In this document: positions 18,201 through 27,314 of the stretch, one piece after another
Layout of the letters: every line of letters begins with the position of its first letter
Position numbering within the stretch: the stretch's first letter is position 1
Assembly: GCA_963749495.1 (NCBI GenBank)
Contig: CAVVMW010000024.1
Coordinates: 32,001 to 96,000, forward strand
Direction: 5' to 3'
From: an uncultured bacterium
Lineage (GTDB): Bacteria; Verrucomicrobiota; Verrucomicrobiia; Limisphaerales; UBA8199
Length of the DNA: 64,000 nucleotides
Notes under the pieces: model-generated
Told to the model about the DNA's origin: nothing
Seen by the model: the letters and a program-made list of their open reading frames with translations, nothing else
Databases searched by the model: none
Made by a program: the position numbers and the translations under genes

Positions 18201-20652
18201 CCTCTCTGAGGAAAACCCGCACCTCACGAGCCTGGTTCCCCCTTCCGCTGTTGCCGGCGGGCCGTCCTTTACCCTGCAGGCAATCGGGTGGAATTTTGAC
18301 ATGAACTGCATCCTTCGCTGGAATGGCTCCAACCAGATGACCACCCTGGTCAGCGGCACGGAGTTGACCGCGACAATCCCCGCCGACTACATCGCGGTGC
18401 CCGCCACCTGCCACGTGGACGTGTTGATTCCCGGCTCGGGCGGTCTCCCGCCCCCGGGCATGAGCAATCCTCCTGTGACTGGGACCTTTTCCGAGGTCGT
18501 CAATTTTGTTATCCAACCGGGCAATCCGACCCCGGCCATCTCCAGCCTGAGTCCCGGCTTCGCGTTTGCGGGCGGGCCGCCCTTCACGCTCACGGTCAAT
18601 GGCAGCAACTTTATGAGCAGCGCGGTGGTGGCATGGAACGGCGTCAACCAATCCACAACCTTCATCAACAGCAACCAGTTGATGGCCATCATTTCGCCGA
18701 CACTTATCGCCTCCGCTGGCACCGCCGCGGTAACGGTGACGCAACCAGGCGCCCAGCCTTCGGCTTCAGTGACGTTCACAATCAACCCACCGAACCCAGT
18801 CCCTGCCTTGACGAGTCTGAGTCCTCTCTCCACTTGTGCAGGTGGGCCGGCCTTAACGCTGACGCTTGGTGGGAGCAACTTCATGGGCGCCTCCGTCGTC
18901 CGATGGAACGGCGCTGATCTTGCCACCACTTTCGGCTCGTCAACCCAGTTGACCGCCACGGTCACCGCTTCGGCTATTGCCGCGACTGGAGCCGTCCAGA
19001 TAGCTGTCTTCAACCCGCCGCCGGGCGGCGGCCTATCCGGTCCCCTCGACTTTGCGGTCCTGCCACCCAAGCCCGTCCCGCTTCTGGTCAGCCTCAACCC
19101 AAGCTCGGCGCTCGCCGGAGCCGATTCGTTGATGCTGACGGCTAACGGGAGCAACTTCGTGCAGAGCGCAATAATTCAATGGAATGGGACCGGTCTGGCG
19201 ACCACATTCGTGGACAACACTCAACTCATCGCCCTCGTGCCCAAGACCTTATTGGCTTTGGCCGGTTCAGTGAACATCATCGTATCCCAGGACGGAGTGC
19301 CTTCGCAGCCGCTTGCATTTGTGATTGGGAGTCCCAATCCCGTGCCGGTGATCAGCCAGTTGATTCCCAATTCGGCCACCGCCGGCGACCCAGCCTTCAT
19401 CCTCTCGGTGACGGGCACCAATTTCCTCACCAACTCGGTCGTGCGGTGGAATGGGGCGGACCGGGAGACCCTTTCTGGCTCGATCACTCAATTGATGGCG
19501 AAGATCACCGCCGCCGATGTCGCCTCCACCGGCACGGTGGCCGTCTCCGTGTTTAACCCCGCCCCGGGAGGCGGGCTCGCCGACGCCCTGGATTTTGTCA
19601 TCCAGCCTCCCAAGCCGGTGCCCACTCTAAGCACGTTGAGCCCGAACTCCGCGGTCGTGGGCGGCAACCTGTTCGTCCTGACCGTTTCCGGGAGCAATTT
19701 TACTGCCAGTGCCAGTATCCTCTGGAACGGAACGGCTTTGGCCACCACTTTTGTCGGCAGCGGACAACTCATGGCCATCATTCCGAAGACCCTCCTTACG
19801 ACCGCTGGCACGGCAACGGTGACGGTGGTCCAGGACGGCGTCGCCTCCAATCCGTTGAGCTTTGCGGTCGTGGCGCCAAACCCGGTGCCCTCTGTCGCGG
19901 CCCTCAGCCCCAATTCAGCCTACGCCGGGGGAACAGGGACCACCGTGACGGTCAGCGGGACGAATTTCATCCCGGCCTCGGTTGTCCGTTGGAACGGGGC
20001 GGATCGGCCGACAACGTTTAATTCCTCGACGCAGTTGGTGGCGCAGTTCAGCGCCGCAGACCTTGCCAGCGCCGGGACAGCCAGTGTGAGCGTGTTCAAT
20101 CCGAGCCCGGGCGGGGGCGGCTCGACCGCGCTGGTCTTCACTGTCCAGCAGGGCAATGCAACGCCCGCACTCTTCTCGTTGCAGCCGAGCTCGGCCACTG
20201 CCGGCGCCGGGGTCTTCTTGTTGACTGTCAACGGCACCAATTTCGTGAATGGCGCCACGATTCGTTGGAACAACGCGGACCAATCGACGAGTTTCATAAA
20301 CAGCAACCAGCTCTGCACTCTCATCCTGCCGGCCCTGGTGGCTGCGCCCGGCACTGCAACGGTCACGGTGTCCAACCCACCGCCCGGCGGTGGCATCTCC
20401 GGTCCTTTGCCTTTCGCCATCGCCGGCCAGCAAGTCCTGCTGACGTTGGCGCCCTTGCGCCTGCAAGGCGGGGGCTTCTACTACCGCGTGACAGGGCCAC
20501 CCGGTTCTCGCGTGATTATTGAGACGTCCACGAATCTGTTGAATTGGACGGTGGCGAGCACCAACGATCTGACCGGCGGCCAGACCGATTTATCGGACCC
20601 CAGTGTCGCGACTTCCAAGCGCCGATTTTTCAGGGGCGTGTTGTCCCAGTGA
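15280..20652 (+). CDS. 1790-aa secreted/surface protein with Ig-like (Big) repeats, a PPC-like domain, IPT/TIG repeats and a C-terminal putative sorting domain
   Basis: Signal peptide; repeated DRTPPVVSITSPTDG; PNDNFSDR...SVWWSWTAP...FDTLLGVY; repeated PNPVP.LSSLSP..A.AGG..FTLTVNGSNF; tail IETSTNLLNW...KRRFFRGVL. Confidence 0.9.
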   Translation: MKTSKVLPTTLTLAILCLGLAWPATTRAGFKITLKQPPDGDYIRGGLPPIGGCIYSWPDPWVWPLTGTWVAIQRDSDGAFWSGSQWQGSSAWITVLVPVGLIYSGPWTLPVRLPSYADLSEGSYTISAHAETLDDKRDAQTHFKVDRTPPVVSITSPTDGAGLSSLTLISGSATDTGSGVVSCDVVLQRQSDQLCWDGQNWSSGNPINTSGPSQFTGDYWSNWSISDNLPGDSDLLEGNYLITATALDRMGNIGTATVTFIVDRTPPLVPVVSSPADGATIPALFNIWGTTADNPGGAGIDHVNVLIQRARDNSTWNGSDWVANQTELPATLGVVLVRVPVNGHWGSMLQTSWSPSAGLPTGDKLENGDYELIVTAYDVMNLHTAATNTFTVNKVAPTITIAAPSNGGTFSNAAFPVLSGTATVTSGLGIAKVVLYLAYTYINDYNGQEDEDDWNGVEWVNRQTTALTATVSGTNWTYSAGLPSGGNLSEGHYLVLAYVYDTGGNDNFAACHVYIDRTAPPPPVIQVPTSGAVLNALSGIQGTATDDPNGYGLDHVELALVGQFLDPASQTTKSYYWDGSVWQPNAVYLRALCSDTNWFCTNALPAGTNLYDASYVIQAHAINLATNVGPDATCNFTIDTVPPVVTITSPTNGEALLDLSGCAGTVTDSSPIRSVTLNLWRDSDLRSWNGAAWANGYAVITATVSGATWTCNTSLPHGDDLPPGSYYLNAEGDDTVGNSGSATVLITVLAPNPLPALSWLDPSAGFAGDPGFTLAVVGSNFVQGATVLWNGADRTTYYVDDQELLAQINAADVASAGTVAVSVFNPAPGGGTSTSLGFAVQTRPVVPNDNFSDRIVLGGYSASATGSNAGATLENGEPNPVSGMTGGRSVWWSWTAPGSGTVTTDTKGSSFDTLLGVYTGNSLASLTLVASDNNSGGNFTSQVVFQGEAGTQYQIQVDGVAGAYGTIQLNINESLSEENPHLTSLVPPSAVAGGPSFTLQAIGWNFDMNCILRWNGSNQMTTLVSGTELTATIPADYIAVPATCHVDVLIPGSGGLPPPGMSNPPVTGTFSEVVNFVIQPGNPTPAISSLSPGFAFAGGPPFTLTVNGSNFMSSAVVAWNGVNQSTTFINSNQLMAIISPTLIASAGTAAVTVTQPGAQPSASVTFTINPPNPVPALTSLSPLSTCAGGPALTLTLGGSNFMGASVVRWNGADLATTFGSSTQLTATVTASAIAATGAVQIAVFNPPPGGGLSGPLDFAVLPPKPVPLLVSLNPSSALAGADSLMLTANGSNFVQSAIIQWNGTGLATTFVDNTQLIALVPKTLLALAGSVNIIVSQDGVPSQPLAFVIGSPNPVPVISQLIPNSATAGDPAFILSVTGTNFLTNSVVRWNGADRETLSGSITQLMAKITAADVASTGTVAVSVFNPAPGGGLADALDFVIQPPKPVPTLSTLSPNSAVVGGNLFVLTVSGSNFTASASILWNGTALATTFVGSGQLMAIIPKTLLTTAGTATVTVVQDGVASNPLSFAVVAPNPVPSVAALSPNSAYAGGTGTTVTVSGTNFIPASVVRWNGADRPTTFNSSTQLVAQFSAADLASAGTASVSVFNPSPGGGGSTALVFTVQQGNATPALFSLQPSSATAGAGVFLLTVNGTNFVNGATIRWNNADQSTSFINSNQLCTLILPALVAAPGTATVTVSNPPPGGGISGPLPFAIAGQQVLLTLAPLRLQGGGFYYRVTGPPGSRVIIETSTNLLNWTVASTNDLTGGQTDLSDPSVATSKRRFFRGVLSQ

Positions 20653-20726
20653 CCAGCGAGCCTTTACCCGCGTAGCGTCAAAAAGCAATCGCCTGTCAGT
20701 TATTCCTCAGAACTCGCCCTTAAAGT

Positions 20727-20797
20727 GGCCGCTTGACGGCCTTGAGGTTTTCCGGGCAGAGTCGCGCCATGTACAAGATCATCGGAACAGACGGCAA
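20727..20797 (+). repeat. Left 71-bp direct repeat (attL-like): promoter plus truncated start of the GYF_2 gene
   Basis: 70/71 identical to 29969-30039; mismatch A20787 vs G30029. Confidence 0.95.
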
Positions 20798-20994
20798 TAT
20801 GTCACAATAATATGTCCCTGGCAGGCAAAAAGTGAGTTTCTGGCGGCAAAAGGGGCCGGTGCCGGGAAGGACCGACCCTTCGTTCACGCAGCCGGTTGAG
20901 GACGGCCCGGTGCAACCCCTACGGCGTCCTCAGAGGGGCACCGGCTTCCGTGCGGGCAATCAGCGCACGCCGAGCCAACGAGGACGAGCCTGTA

Positions 20995-21578
20995 TCAACT
21001 GGCCATGCTCAACACCTTGCCGACCGAGGACACCGGCATTTTCAACTCCCGCGCTATGGCCCGGACCCCCAGGCCCTTCTTCTTCAGTGCCAGCACATCG
21101 CCGCGCTTCTCGGCCAAGGTGCCGGGCCTGCGCCCAACTTCACGCCCTTCTCGCGGGCCGCACCCAGGCCGGAATTGACGCGCTCTTTGATTATCTCCCT
21201 CTCAAATTCCGCGAGTGCCATCAAGACGGCCATCTGGAATTTGGCACATGGATTGGACTCTGAGGTATCGATGCCCTGGGTGGTGCAAATCAACGGCACC
21301 TTCAACCGGGCCATCTCGTCAATGATGAACGCCAGGTGCGTCAGGCTGCGGCCCATGCGGTCCAACTTGTAGCAAACCACGCGCGCTATCTTGCCTGCAC
21401 GCATGTCCTTGAGCAGCCGGTCGAGCGCCGGGCGCGTGGTGGACGCGCCGGACATCTTCTCGGTGTAGAAGACCAGGTTCTTCCAGCCGCGCATTTTGCC
21501 GCAGCGCTTCAACTCCAGTTCCTGGGAATCCAACTTCTGGTCCTTCGTCGAGACTCGCATGTAAACGGCGGTGTCCAT
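20995..21578 (-). CDS. Small serine recombinase (resolvase/invertase) with C-terminal HTH; frameshift near 21131
   Basis: AVYMRVSTKDQ (catalytic Ser), SGASTTRPAL, KLDRMGRS, AEFEREII.ER. After GVKLG a shifted frame gives RPGTLAEKRGDVLALKKKGLGVRAIARELKMPVSSVGKVL (HTH) ending at 20995. Confidence 0.88.
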
Positions 21579-21599
21579 AAAACTGATGTTATATGGACA
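21572..21599. promoter_or_regulatory. res site I-like 28-bp imperfect palindrome overlapping the resolvase -10 box and start codon
   Basis: TGTCCATAAAAC-TGAT-GTTATATGGACA; arms match 11/12; 12-4-12 geometry. Confidence 0.7.
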
Positions 21600-21720
21600 T
21601 TGGGCCATGTCAATCGAAACCAGTGAAATTGGCAGAATTTAAGGGCCTGGATTGAGGGGGGATTTGTGGACACCCCTTGCGGGCGTTGAAGGGGCTGGGG
21701 GTGTCGAAGCTGCTGCCCGT

Positions 21721-21797
21721 CGTCCACGACCACGTCCACGACCACGTCCAGGGCCACGATCACGACCACGACCATGTCCACGACCACGACCACGACC
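21721..21797. repeat. Hexamer tandem repeat (CACGAC/CACGTC) x~13
   Basis: Read directly. Confidence 0.85.
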
Positions 21798-21897
21798 AAC
21801 CGAGCGCGAATTTCCCCGCCTGGTGCTGGGTTGCCGGGGTTGGTGCCCGGCTGGGCGCTTCAATGTGGCAGAGCAACCCTTCACCCTGGGTTGCGGC

Positions 21898-22338
21898 TCA
21901 GACTTCGATGTGCGGTGCCCCGTGCTCGCATATTTCGGCCACGGGGCCCGTCAGCGTTTCGCCGGAAATGAACTTGCCCTCCACATCGGCCACGCCGACC
22001 TCAGCGAAGCCAACTCGAAAACCCGCCGATCGGAGTGCCGTAATCCACGACCGCAGGAGAGCGCCGTTGTCCTCCGCGAAGACCCGCTCGGTCAGCCGCA
22101 TCTTGAACGAGAATCGTTCCCGGTCGGCACTGAGCTGAAGATCGATGTCGTTGAACCCGGCTTTGGCCAACTCACCGCGAAGCCGGTTGAGGTCTGGGCA
22201 ACCGTGGACCGGCTGATCTTGCGCCCAAGCAATCTCCTCCGGGGAAAGCCTGCTACGGGCGACAAACTCCGCGATCGTTTCACCCTTGGCCCGCTCGTTC
22301 GCGCCGAACCTGCCAGACTGGATGTGCGGCAGCCGCAT
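21898..22338 (-). CDS. Hypothetical protein (island)
   Basis: Globular-looking 146-aa ORF (MRLPHIQSGRF...) just downstream of 22347-22763 on the same strand. Confidence 0.5.
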   Translation of the reverse strand: MRLPHIQSGRFGANERAKGETIAEFVARSRLSPEEIAWAQDQPVHGCPDLNRLRGELAKAGFNDIDLQLSADRERFSFKMRLTERVFAEDNGALLRSWITALRSAGFRVGFAEVGVADVEGKFISGETLTGPVAEICEHGAPHIEV

Positions 22339-22346
22339 CGGTTTTG

Positions 22347-22763
22347 TCAACCCTCGTTCGCGGGCGCGTTTACCTGCTGCTGCTGCTGCGGGGTTGGCCG
22401 CTCCTGGCCGAGCATCACAAAATACAACGTGCTTTCGACCAATTCGACCGTCACGGCGTCGCAGCCTTCGTAGTCGAGCCGGATCAGCGGATTCACCATC
22501 CGAGCCGCCTGGGCGAAGTCGGCCTGGCGAACGCGCCGGCAATACTGGGCCACTTCGTCGGGGCGTTCCCCAGTCAAGCCTTCGGGCGGCAGCCCTGGAG
22601 GCTGCTGCCGGGCTGCTGCCTGTTGCCGCTGTCGCGACACGCGCTGCAAAAAGGCTTTCGGGTCTTCGCCCCTTGCCGCTGCTTGCTTGCGCGGCATTTG
22701 GTGCAGGAAGAAATCCTTCGGGTCTTCACCCCGGATAATTTGCCGGCCAGCGGGTAGATTCAT
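22347..22763 (-). CDS. Hypothetical protein with internal repeat (RGEDPK x2, QAAAR x2)
   Basis: ORF track; internal duplication visible. Confidence 0.5.
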   Translation of the reverse strand: MNLPAGRQIIRGEDPKDFFLHQMPRKQAAARGEDPKAFLQRVSRQRQQAAARQQPPGLPPEGLTGERPDEVAQYCRRVRQADFAQAARMVNPLIRLDYEGCDAVTVELVESTLYFVMLGQERPTPQQQQQVNAPANEG

Positions 22764-23188
22764 GGCCCGACGTTAGCCGTCGAAGCCACGTCTGTCCATT
22801 CCCACTACTCCCGCTAAAGCCGCTGGAGGACGCCCTCCACGGCCGCGTGACCGGCCCTTGACTCGACCTGGCCCGGACGGCGGGCGGGAACAGGGCACCA
22901 CGGACGGCAAGGCCCGGTGCCGCGCCGCAAACCGGCCTCGGCCAGGCCGCGAACCAGTGGAACGCCTTCCTGGCCTGCTTGGCGGATGAACGGAGCGCGA
23001 TCGGGCTTAGGTCGGGACGCTGCCCGCTGATACGGGCACCTGCGCAGGCCCATCGGGAATGGCGGCGTCGAGAAGCAGCGGAACCAGTGCCGGGCGCTGC
23101 TCCGGTGGGCCATGCGGCATAAGACCACGAACCCGAAGGCCAGCCGTTGCCACGCGCCTTGACCGGCCTGTTATACTGATGCCGCAAT

Positions 23189-23683
23189 ATGCAGAGCGAA
23201 TACAACTATACGTGTCCGAATTGCTCCAAGGAATGCTCTGTGCCTGAATCCATGACCGGGCAAAATCTAATCTGTCCGAACTGCTCACAGGAGTTTTTCG
23301 CTACGCCGCCCGTCCTCGAAGAACCATATGAAACATTGATGCAAAAACCTACCGTCCCATCTGTGAACGATGTGGAAGGCTTTGTGAAGTGGATGGTGAA
23401 GTATGGCCAAGACTTCGCTCTCTTGAGAGAGCTTTACGCAGGGGCACTCGATAGATTCCTCGAGGCACTCTGGGTGGACATTAGGAATGAAATCATGCAG
23501 AGGAATCTCACTTCATCGGACGCGCTGATGACGCGGGCAGGTGAGCTTTCCGAGTATTATACCGCAAATCTTGAAAAGCCGGTTAACGCTAGTGGGGGCA
23601 TCATGGGGTGCCGGGCGGACCTTCGACTCGTCGCCACAGTTATCCAGGCGAAGATGATGGTGATGTTTCGGCTGGCAAAGTAA
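23189..23683 (+). CDS. Zinc-ribbon domain protein
   Basis: CPNCSKEC...CPNCSQEF; extended TGTTATACT box upstream. Confidence 0.65.
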   Translation: MQSEYNYTCPNCSKECSVPESMTGQNLICPNCSQEFFATPPVLEEPYETLMQKPTVPSVNDVEGFVKWMVKYGQDFALLRELYAGALDRFLEALWVDIRNEIMQRNLTSSDALMTRAGELSEYYTANLEKPVNASGGIMGCRADLRLVATVIQAKMMVMFRLAK

Positions 23684-23742
23684 AAGTATGGCGCGCCAAT
23701 CTCAGATTGGGTCCTCGGCCCCCTCCGCTAGCGGGTCAGTAG

Positions 23743-23919
23743 CTCTGGGAAGAGCGCGGCAAGCAGGTGCTGGCCATCATCCCCCTCGACCTGGACGGCT
23801 ACCTGTTCGACCCGCAGTGGCAGGACTGGAGCAAGCAGCACCTGACTGACCGTCTGGGAGCCGACTTCAGAGGCTGGGAAGCCGACAAAGCGAAATTCGA
23901 GGAGCAGTTTCAGTGCTGA
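23743..23919 (+). pseudogene. Fragment resembling the C-terminal part of a TIR-domain protein
   Basis: Manual translation: LWEERGKQVLAIIPLDLDGYLFDPQWQDWSKQHLTDRLGADFRGWEADKAKFEEQF. Preceded by an in-frame TAG; no start. Confidence 0.55.
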
Positions 23920-23987
23920 TTAAGGCCGGTCCGAGGGAGTAGCCTCAACTACGAATCCAGTTGTCCCTTCCACGTCCTAGCTTCGAG

Positions 23988-24683
23988 TCATTCCTCGCTG
24001 GGATTCTCATGGAGGAGTTTGTTCACGGTCCTTAATCCCTCCTCGACCGTATGGCAAGCCATGTCGCCGCGACAACTAAGCCATCTCTCGAAAATAAGCA
24101 GCAACAACAACTCCTGATCACACTTTGGTGAGAACCCTTCCTGCGTCCTTTGGTCAGCCTGTCTAAACTGCCCCGCCGTACGCAGCAAATCTGCACAGAT
24201 CAAAAAGTTAACGCCGGGGCGGTCTGCCGTGCCCTGTCCCTTACTTATGGCGCGCCCAAGAATGTGCTCCCCACGCAAGCGGCATGTTTTCGCGGCTTCG
24301 GTCTCTCCGGCGTCGTCGCAAGCCCATGCCCCGTAAACACAAGCCCATCCTGCTTCGTTAAGGCGACCGAGGGTCTCCAAAATCAGGGAGGAGCAAAGAA
24401 AACGGTTCGCCAACTCTGGATACTCCTTGGACTTCAGTTGTAGGCGATACTCATTACTGGCCAAGATAGCCGATATGTCAGGCAGCGGGGCCGTGATGCT
24501 GGGCATACAGTAGCCGCAATGTGGACAGACTTGAACCTGTTGGGGCAATGTGGAACGTATTACCTCCGCAGGGCGAGTGTCCAGGTCCGGCGACCCCCAA
24601 GCACTCGTGGACCCGATTATCGCCTGTTCGCTCAACCCCTGGCACTGGGAGCATCGAATTTGCTCTTTATACAGCATCGTCAT
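23988..24683 (-). CDS. DUF2225-like protein (Zn-binding N-terminus + TPR-like helices)
   Basis: CSQC...GSPDLDTRP...VQVCPHCGY...AWACDD...ADLLRTAGQF. Confidence 0.7.
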   Translation of the reverse strand: MTMLYKEQIRCSQCQGLSEQAIIGSTSAWGSPDLDTRPAEVIRSTLPQQVQVCPHCGYCMPSITAPLPDISAILASNEYRLQLKSKEYPELANRFLCSSLILETLGRLNEAGWACVYGAWACDDAGETEAAKTCRLRGEHILGRAISKGQGTADRPGVNFLICADLLRTAGQFRQADQRTQEGFSPKCDQELLLLLIFERWLSCRGDMACHTVEEGLRTVNKLLHENPSEE

Positions 24684-24687
24684 ACGC

Positions 24688-25101
24688 TCACCATGTCCCC
24701 AGTTGACGCTCCAGATATTTGCCGAGGACTGCCCGCGCTCCGGCCAATTGCTCAGGAGTATATAATGGATGGAAATAATCCTGGACTGCTTGGGCGTTGG
24801 TGATTTTGTTGACCAGGGTTCTGTCGCCCAAGTCGAAGCGCATCTCGTCAACGCTCCTGAACCCTTTAACGTCTCGCGCCTCTCCATCTATACGCACGAA
24901 CACGTGAGCAAACGCTGTCGCCTCTCGGTTCGTCAGTCGCCACAATTCCGCTTGGGGAAATCTCAGCTTTAACAATTGAGGGACCAAGAAGCAGAAGCCT
25001 CCGGCCCCTAACTCCTCTGGGCTAGAATTGCTAATCTCGTCGGGCGAGAGACGGCTGAATGGAGTCTTGCGCAGGTCGCCTGTCTGGTTCTTGTCATCCA
25101 T
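24688..25101 (-). CDS. Hypothetical protein (island)
   Basis: 137 aa; GGFC...HVFVRIDGEARDVKG; operon-like spacing with the downstream gene. Confidence 0.55.
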   Translation of the reverse strand: MDDKNQTGDLRKTPFSRLSPDEISNSSPEELGAGGFCFLVPQLLKLRFPQAELWRLTNREATAFAHVFVRIDGEARDVKGFRSVDEMRFDLGDRTLVNKITNAQAVQDYFHPLYTPEQLAGARAVLGKYLERQLGTW

Positions 25102-25221
25102 AAGTATTTTATCGCTGCGTTCTCTGATTCTAAGCGACGGCCTCTGGTCACGACTGATTCAGGTCAAGAACTGCGAGCAAGTCCGGGATTTCATCTACGT
25201 GGTGCAAGTGGAGCAATCCCG

Positions 25222-25824
25222 TTACCAGAGCTTACAGTGCTCTGGAAAGGCGGTCTGGAACGGAACCCACCCGCCCAGCCCTTCGCGCCAGACCAACGAA
25301 GTGGATGCGACCTCGCCGTAGTGGAATAGCCTTAATAGGTCGGACTCGGACACAGGCCCACGCCGATTGTCCCACCGGTCATAGTAGAGCCAGTCGTGCG
25401 TTTGGTGCTCAGGTTTTGCGGCTCCTAGCGGGCTAGGCGGGGTTTCGGTATTGGCAGATTTGGTGATGAAGGCCCAGTAATCCGCCAGGGACTTCTTGTC
25501 CGAGCCTTTCAAAAACAGTAGTCCCGCTGCGGTCACGAACGCCACGCTTAACCACTGGATAAGCAGGCGGTCGGAAGCTATTGAAACACTCTCATAAAAC
25601 TCACCTGGCGCGGCGAATGGAGGATTAGCCAACTGATGCGCTGGCGGCGGTTCAAAGAGGAACGCGTATCCGGCAAATTCCTGGGTTTCGGTCTGCATGA
25701 CGGGCTGCCCCCGAGTGGCCCCCAAAATAACCTGATGCCTGGCCTTCGTCCAAGGGGGATAGATGAGCATCGCGGCCATCACCGCAACCATGAGCACCAA
25801 CCACTGTTTTTGTATCGCGTTCAT
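25222..25824 (-). CDS. Membrane protein with C-terminal GYF_2 (DUF4339) domain
   Basis: Two TM segments; WLYY....RRGPVSESDLLRLF..GEVASTSLVWREGLGGWVP. Confidence 0.75.
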   Translation of the reverse strand: MNAIQKQWLVLMVAVMAAMLIYPPWTKARHQVILGATRGQPVMQTETQEFAGYAFLFEPPPAHQLANPPFAAPGEFYESVSIASDRLLIQWLSVAFVTAAGLLFLKGSDKKSLADYWAFITKSANTETPPSPLGAAKPEHQTHDWLYYDRWDNRRGPVSESDLLRLFHYGEVASTSLVWREGLGGWVPFQTAFPEHCKLW

Positions 25825-25918
25825 ACTATTGAGTTTTCATTTTTCCATTCCGCTTTGGGTGGTGCCATCGCGACTATGGACCGGCCATGCGGCAGGGCAA
25901 GCGAAAAGCGTCCACAAC

Positions 25919-26035
25919 CAGGCCCTCCCGCCGTCCGCCAGCCTGCTCCTGGTCGGCGACGTGCACCAGTTGCCCTCGGTCGGGCTGGGCATTGTCCTGC
26001 GGAGCCTCATCGAGAGCGGCCTGGTGCCGGTGGTA
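25919..26035 (+). pseudogene. RecD2/TraA-like SF1 helicase fragment (motif III region)
   Basis: ALPPSASLLLVGDVHQLPSVGLGIVLRSLIESGLVPVV; flanks unrelated. Confidence 0.7.
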
Positions 26036-26104
26036 GGCAGCCTGCCGGGCACCCTGCTGGCCAGGGGCGTAATGGCACGTGGTGCACTGGTCTCGCACCG
26101 TGAC

Positions 26105-26629
26105 CTATCCGGCTGGATCGTCGGTGTCAACTGCCTCATCAGCATTCTGAACCCTGTTCAGCCCTACAAGCCACGCTTTCTGTCCGCCAGCCCGGTCGTT
26201 GGCCGTCGTGGAGACGAGGTATCGAATTGGAAACTGCGTGAGCATCGACGCAGGTTCGTCCGTCTTGTCCTGCGGGACCACCTTGACCTCGTAGGTATGC
26301 CCTCTCTCGACTCTTCCGTGGTGCCGATAGTGAATCTCGTAGTCTCCCGCATCTGGCCTTTCCGGGCAAAAGCGGAGCATCACCGTAAAAGCAGGTGTAG
26401 ATGTTTCGATAACGAACAGCCCATCTCGGCAGATGGCATGAGAAACCCTTGGCCAGTCACCAAGGCAACTCGGAGGTGACTCGCGAGCTTCATCGTTTAG
26501 GAGAGCAAGAAATCTCTCCTTGAGTCTTTCACGTTGCTCAGGACGACTCAAGCCCCAATTTGGGTCCTCGAAGCTTTCCTGTGGCATGAACTTAATGACG
26601 CCGAGATTCGCGTCGCGTCCATTCGACAT
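26105..26629 (-). CDS. Hypothetical protein (island)
   Basis: 174-aa ORF with globular composition in a lower-GC region. Confidence 0.5.
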   Translation of the reverse strand: MSNGRDANLGVIKFMPQESFEDPNWGLSRPEQRERLKERFLALLNDEARESPPSCLGDWPRVSHAICRDGLFVIETSTPAFTVMLRFCPERPDAGDYEIHYRHHGRVERGHTYEVKVVPQDKTDEPASMLTQFPIRYLVSTTANDRAGGQKAWLVGLNRVQNADEAVDTDDPAG

Positions 26630-27314
26630 AACGTATTACATATTCATCCACGTCTTTTCGTTCAATGGCCAGGAATGCTGAAGGATTAGAGGTTGGGAGG
26701 CAAGCCAAGGCTTACTCGACTTCGACAGGCTTATGAGGCCACACTCGGCTGATTGTGAGCACTGCGGCCAGGGAAGCTCGAACGACTGCTCGTCGCTGGC
26801 GGCGAGCACGTTGACAAGCGCGTCAAATGTGCCCCGCAGCGCCCTTGCTAAGGTTTTACCGGTAGTTGCGCCGGTCGCCAGCGTCAAAATACCCTCCACG
26901 GCACCGGCAGGCGTCAAATTTGACAGGTCAAAAGCCGCCCCGGAGCGCCCGTCAAGGGCACACGCTGCGCGGTCTTCCAACATGTCGTCATCGTCGTTCA
27001 CAGCACGCCAGGCTTCTGGGCCATGATGAGCCGATGGTGCTTTTGAATCAACATATTTGACATCGGTTTGACGGCGCAACCCTCCGTGACCACGGCGCTT
27101 GCGCGGGTGCCCTGTGTTGGCAAATGGACCTCTGCTACCGGTGCCGGTCAAGCGGGTGGAGTGCGCCAGGCAAAAAATTTGTATTGACCGAATGGGTCTG
27201 CCGGGTCCACTGGCGGCAAGTTAAGCGCAAGTCCAGTGCCAGCGAGACTTTCGCCTTCGGTCTGCCGGGTTCTTGCGGACCAGCGAGTCTTGGGCTGACC
27301 GTCGTTCGCACCGC

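Noticed and set aside
21677..22138. His/Asp-rich ORF (HDHVHDH...) as a metal-binding protein
   Set aside because: The tract is the translation of a hexamer DNA repeat, and the rest overlaps a more plausible minus-strand gene.
26636..27151. Minus-strand ORF as a CDS
   Set aside because: No recognisable motif or convincing start; left uncalled.
27165..27300. Possible riboswitch (hairpins, repeated GGTCTGCCGGGT and CCAGCGAG)
   Set aside because: Could not match it to a known consensus such as c-di-GMP-I by eye; needs an Rfam scan.
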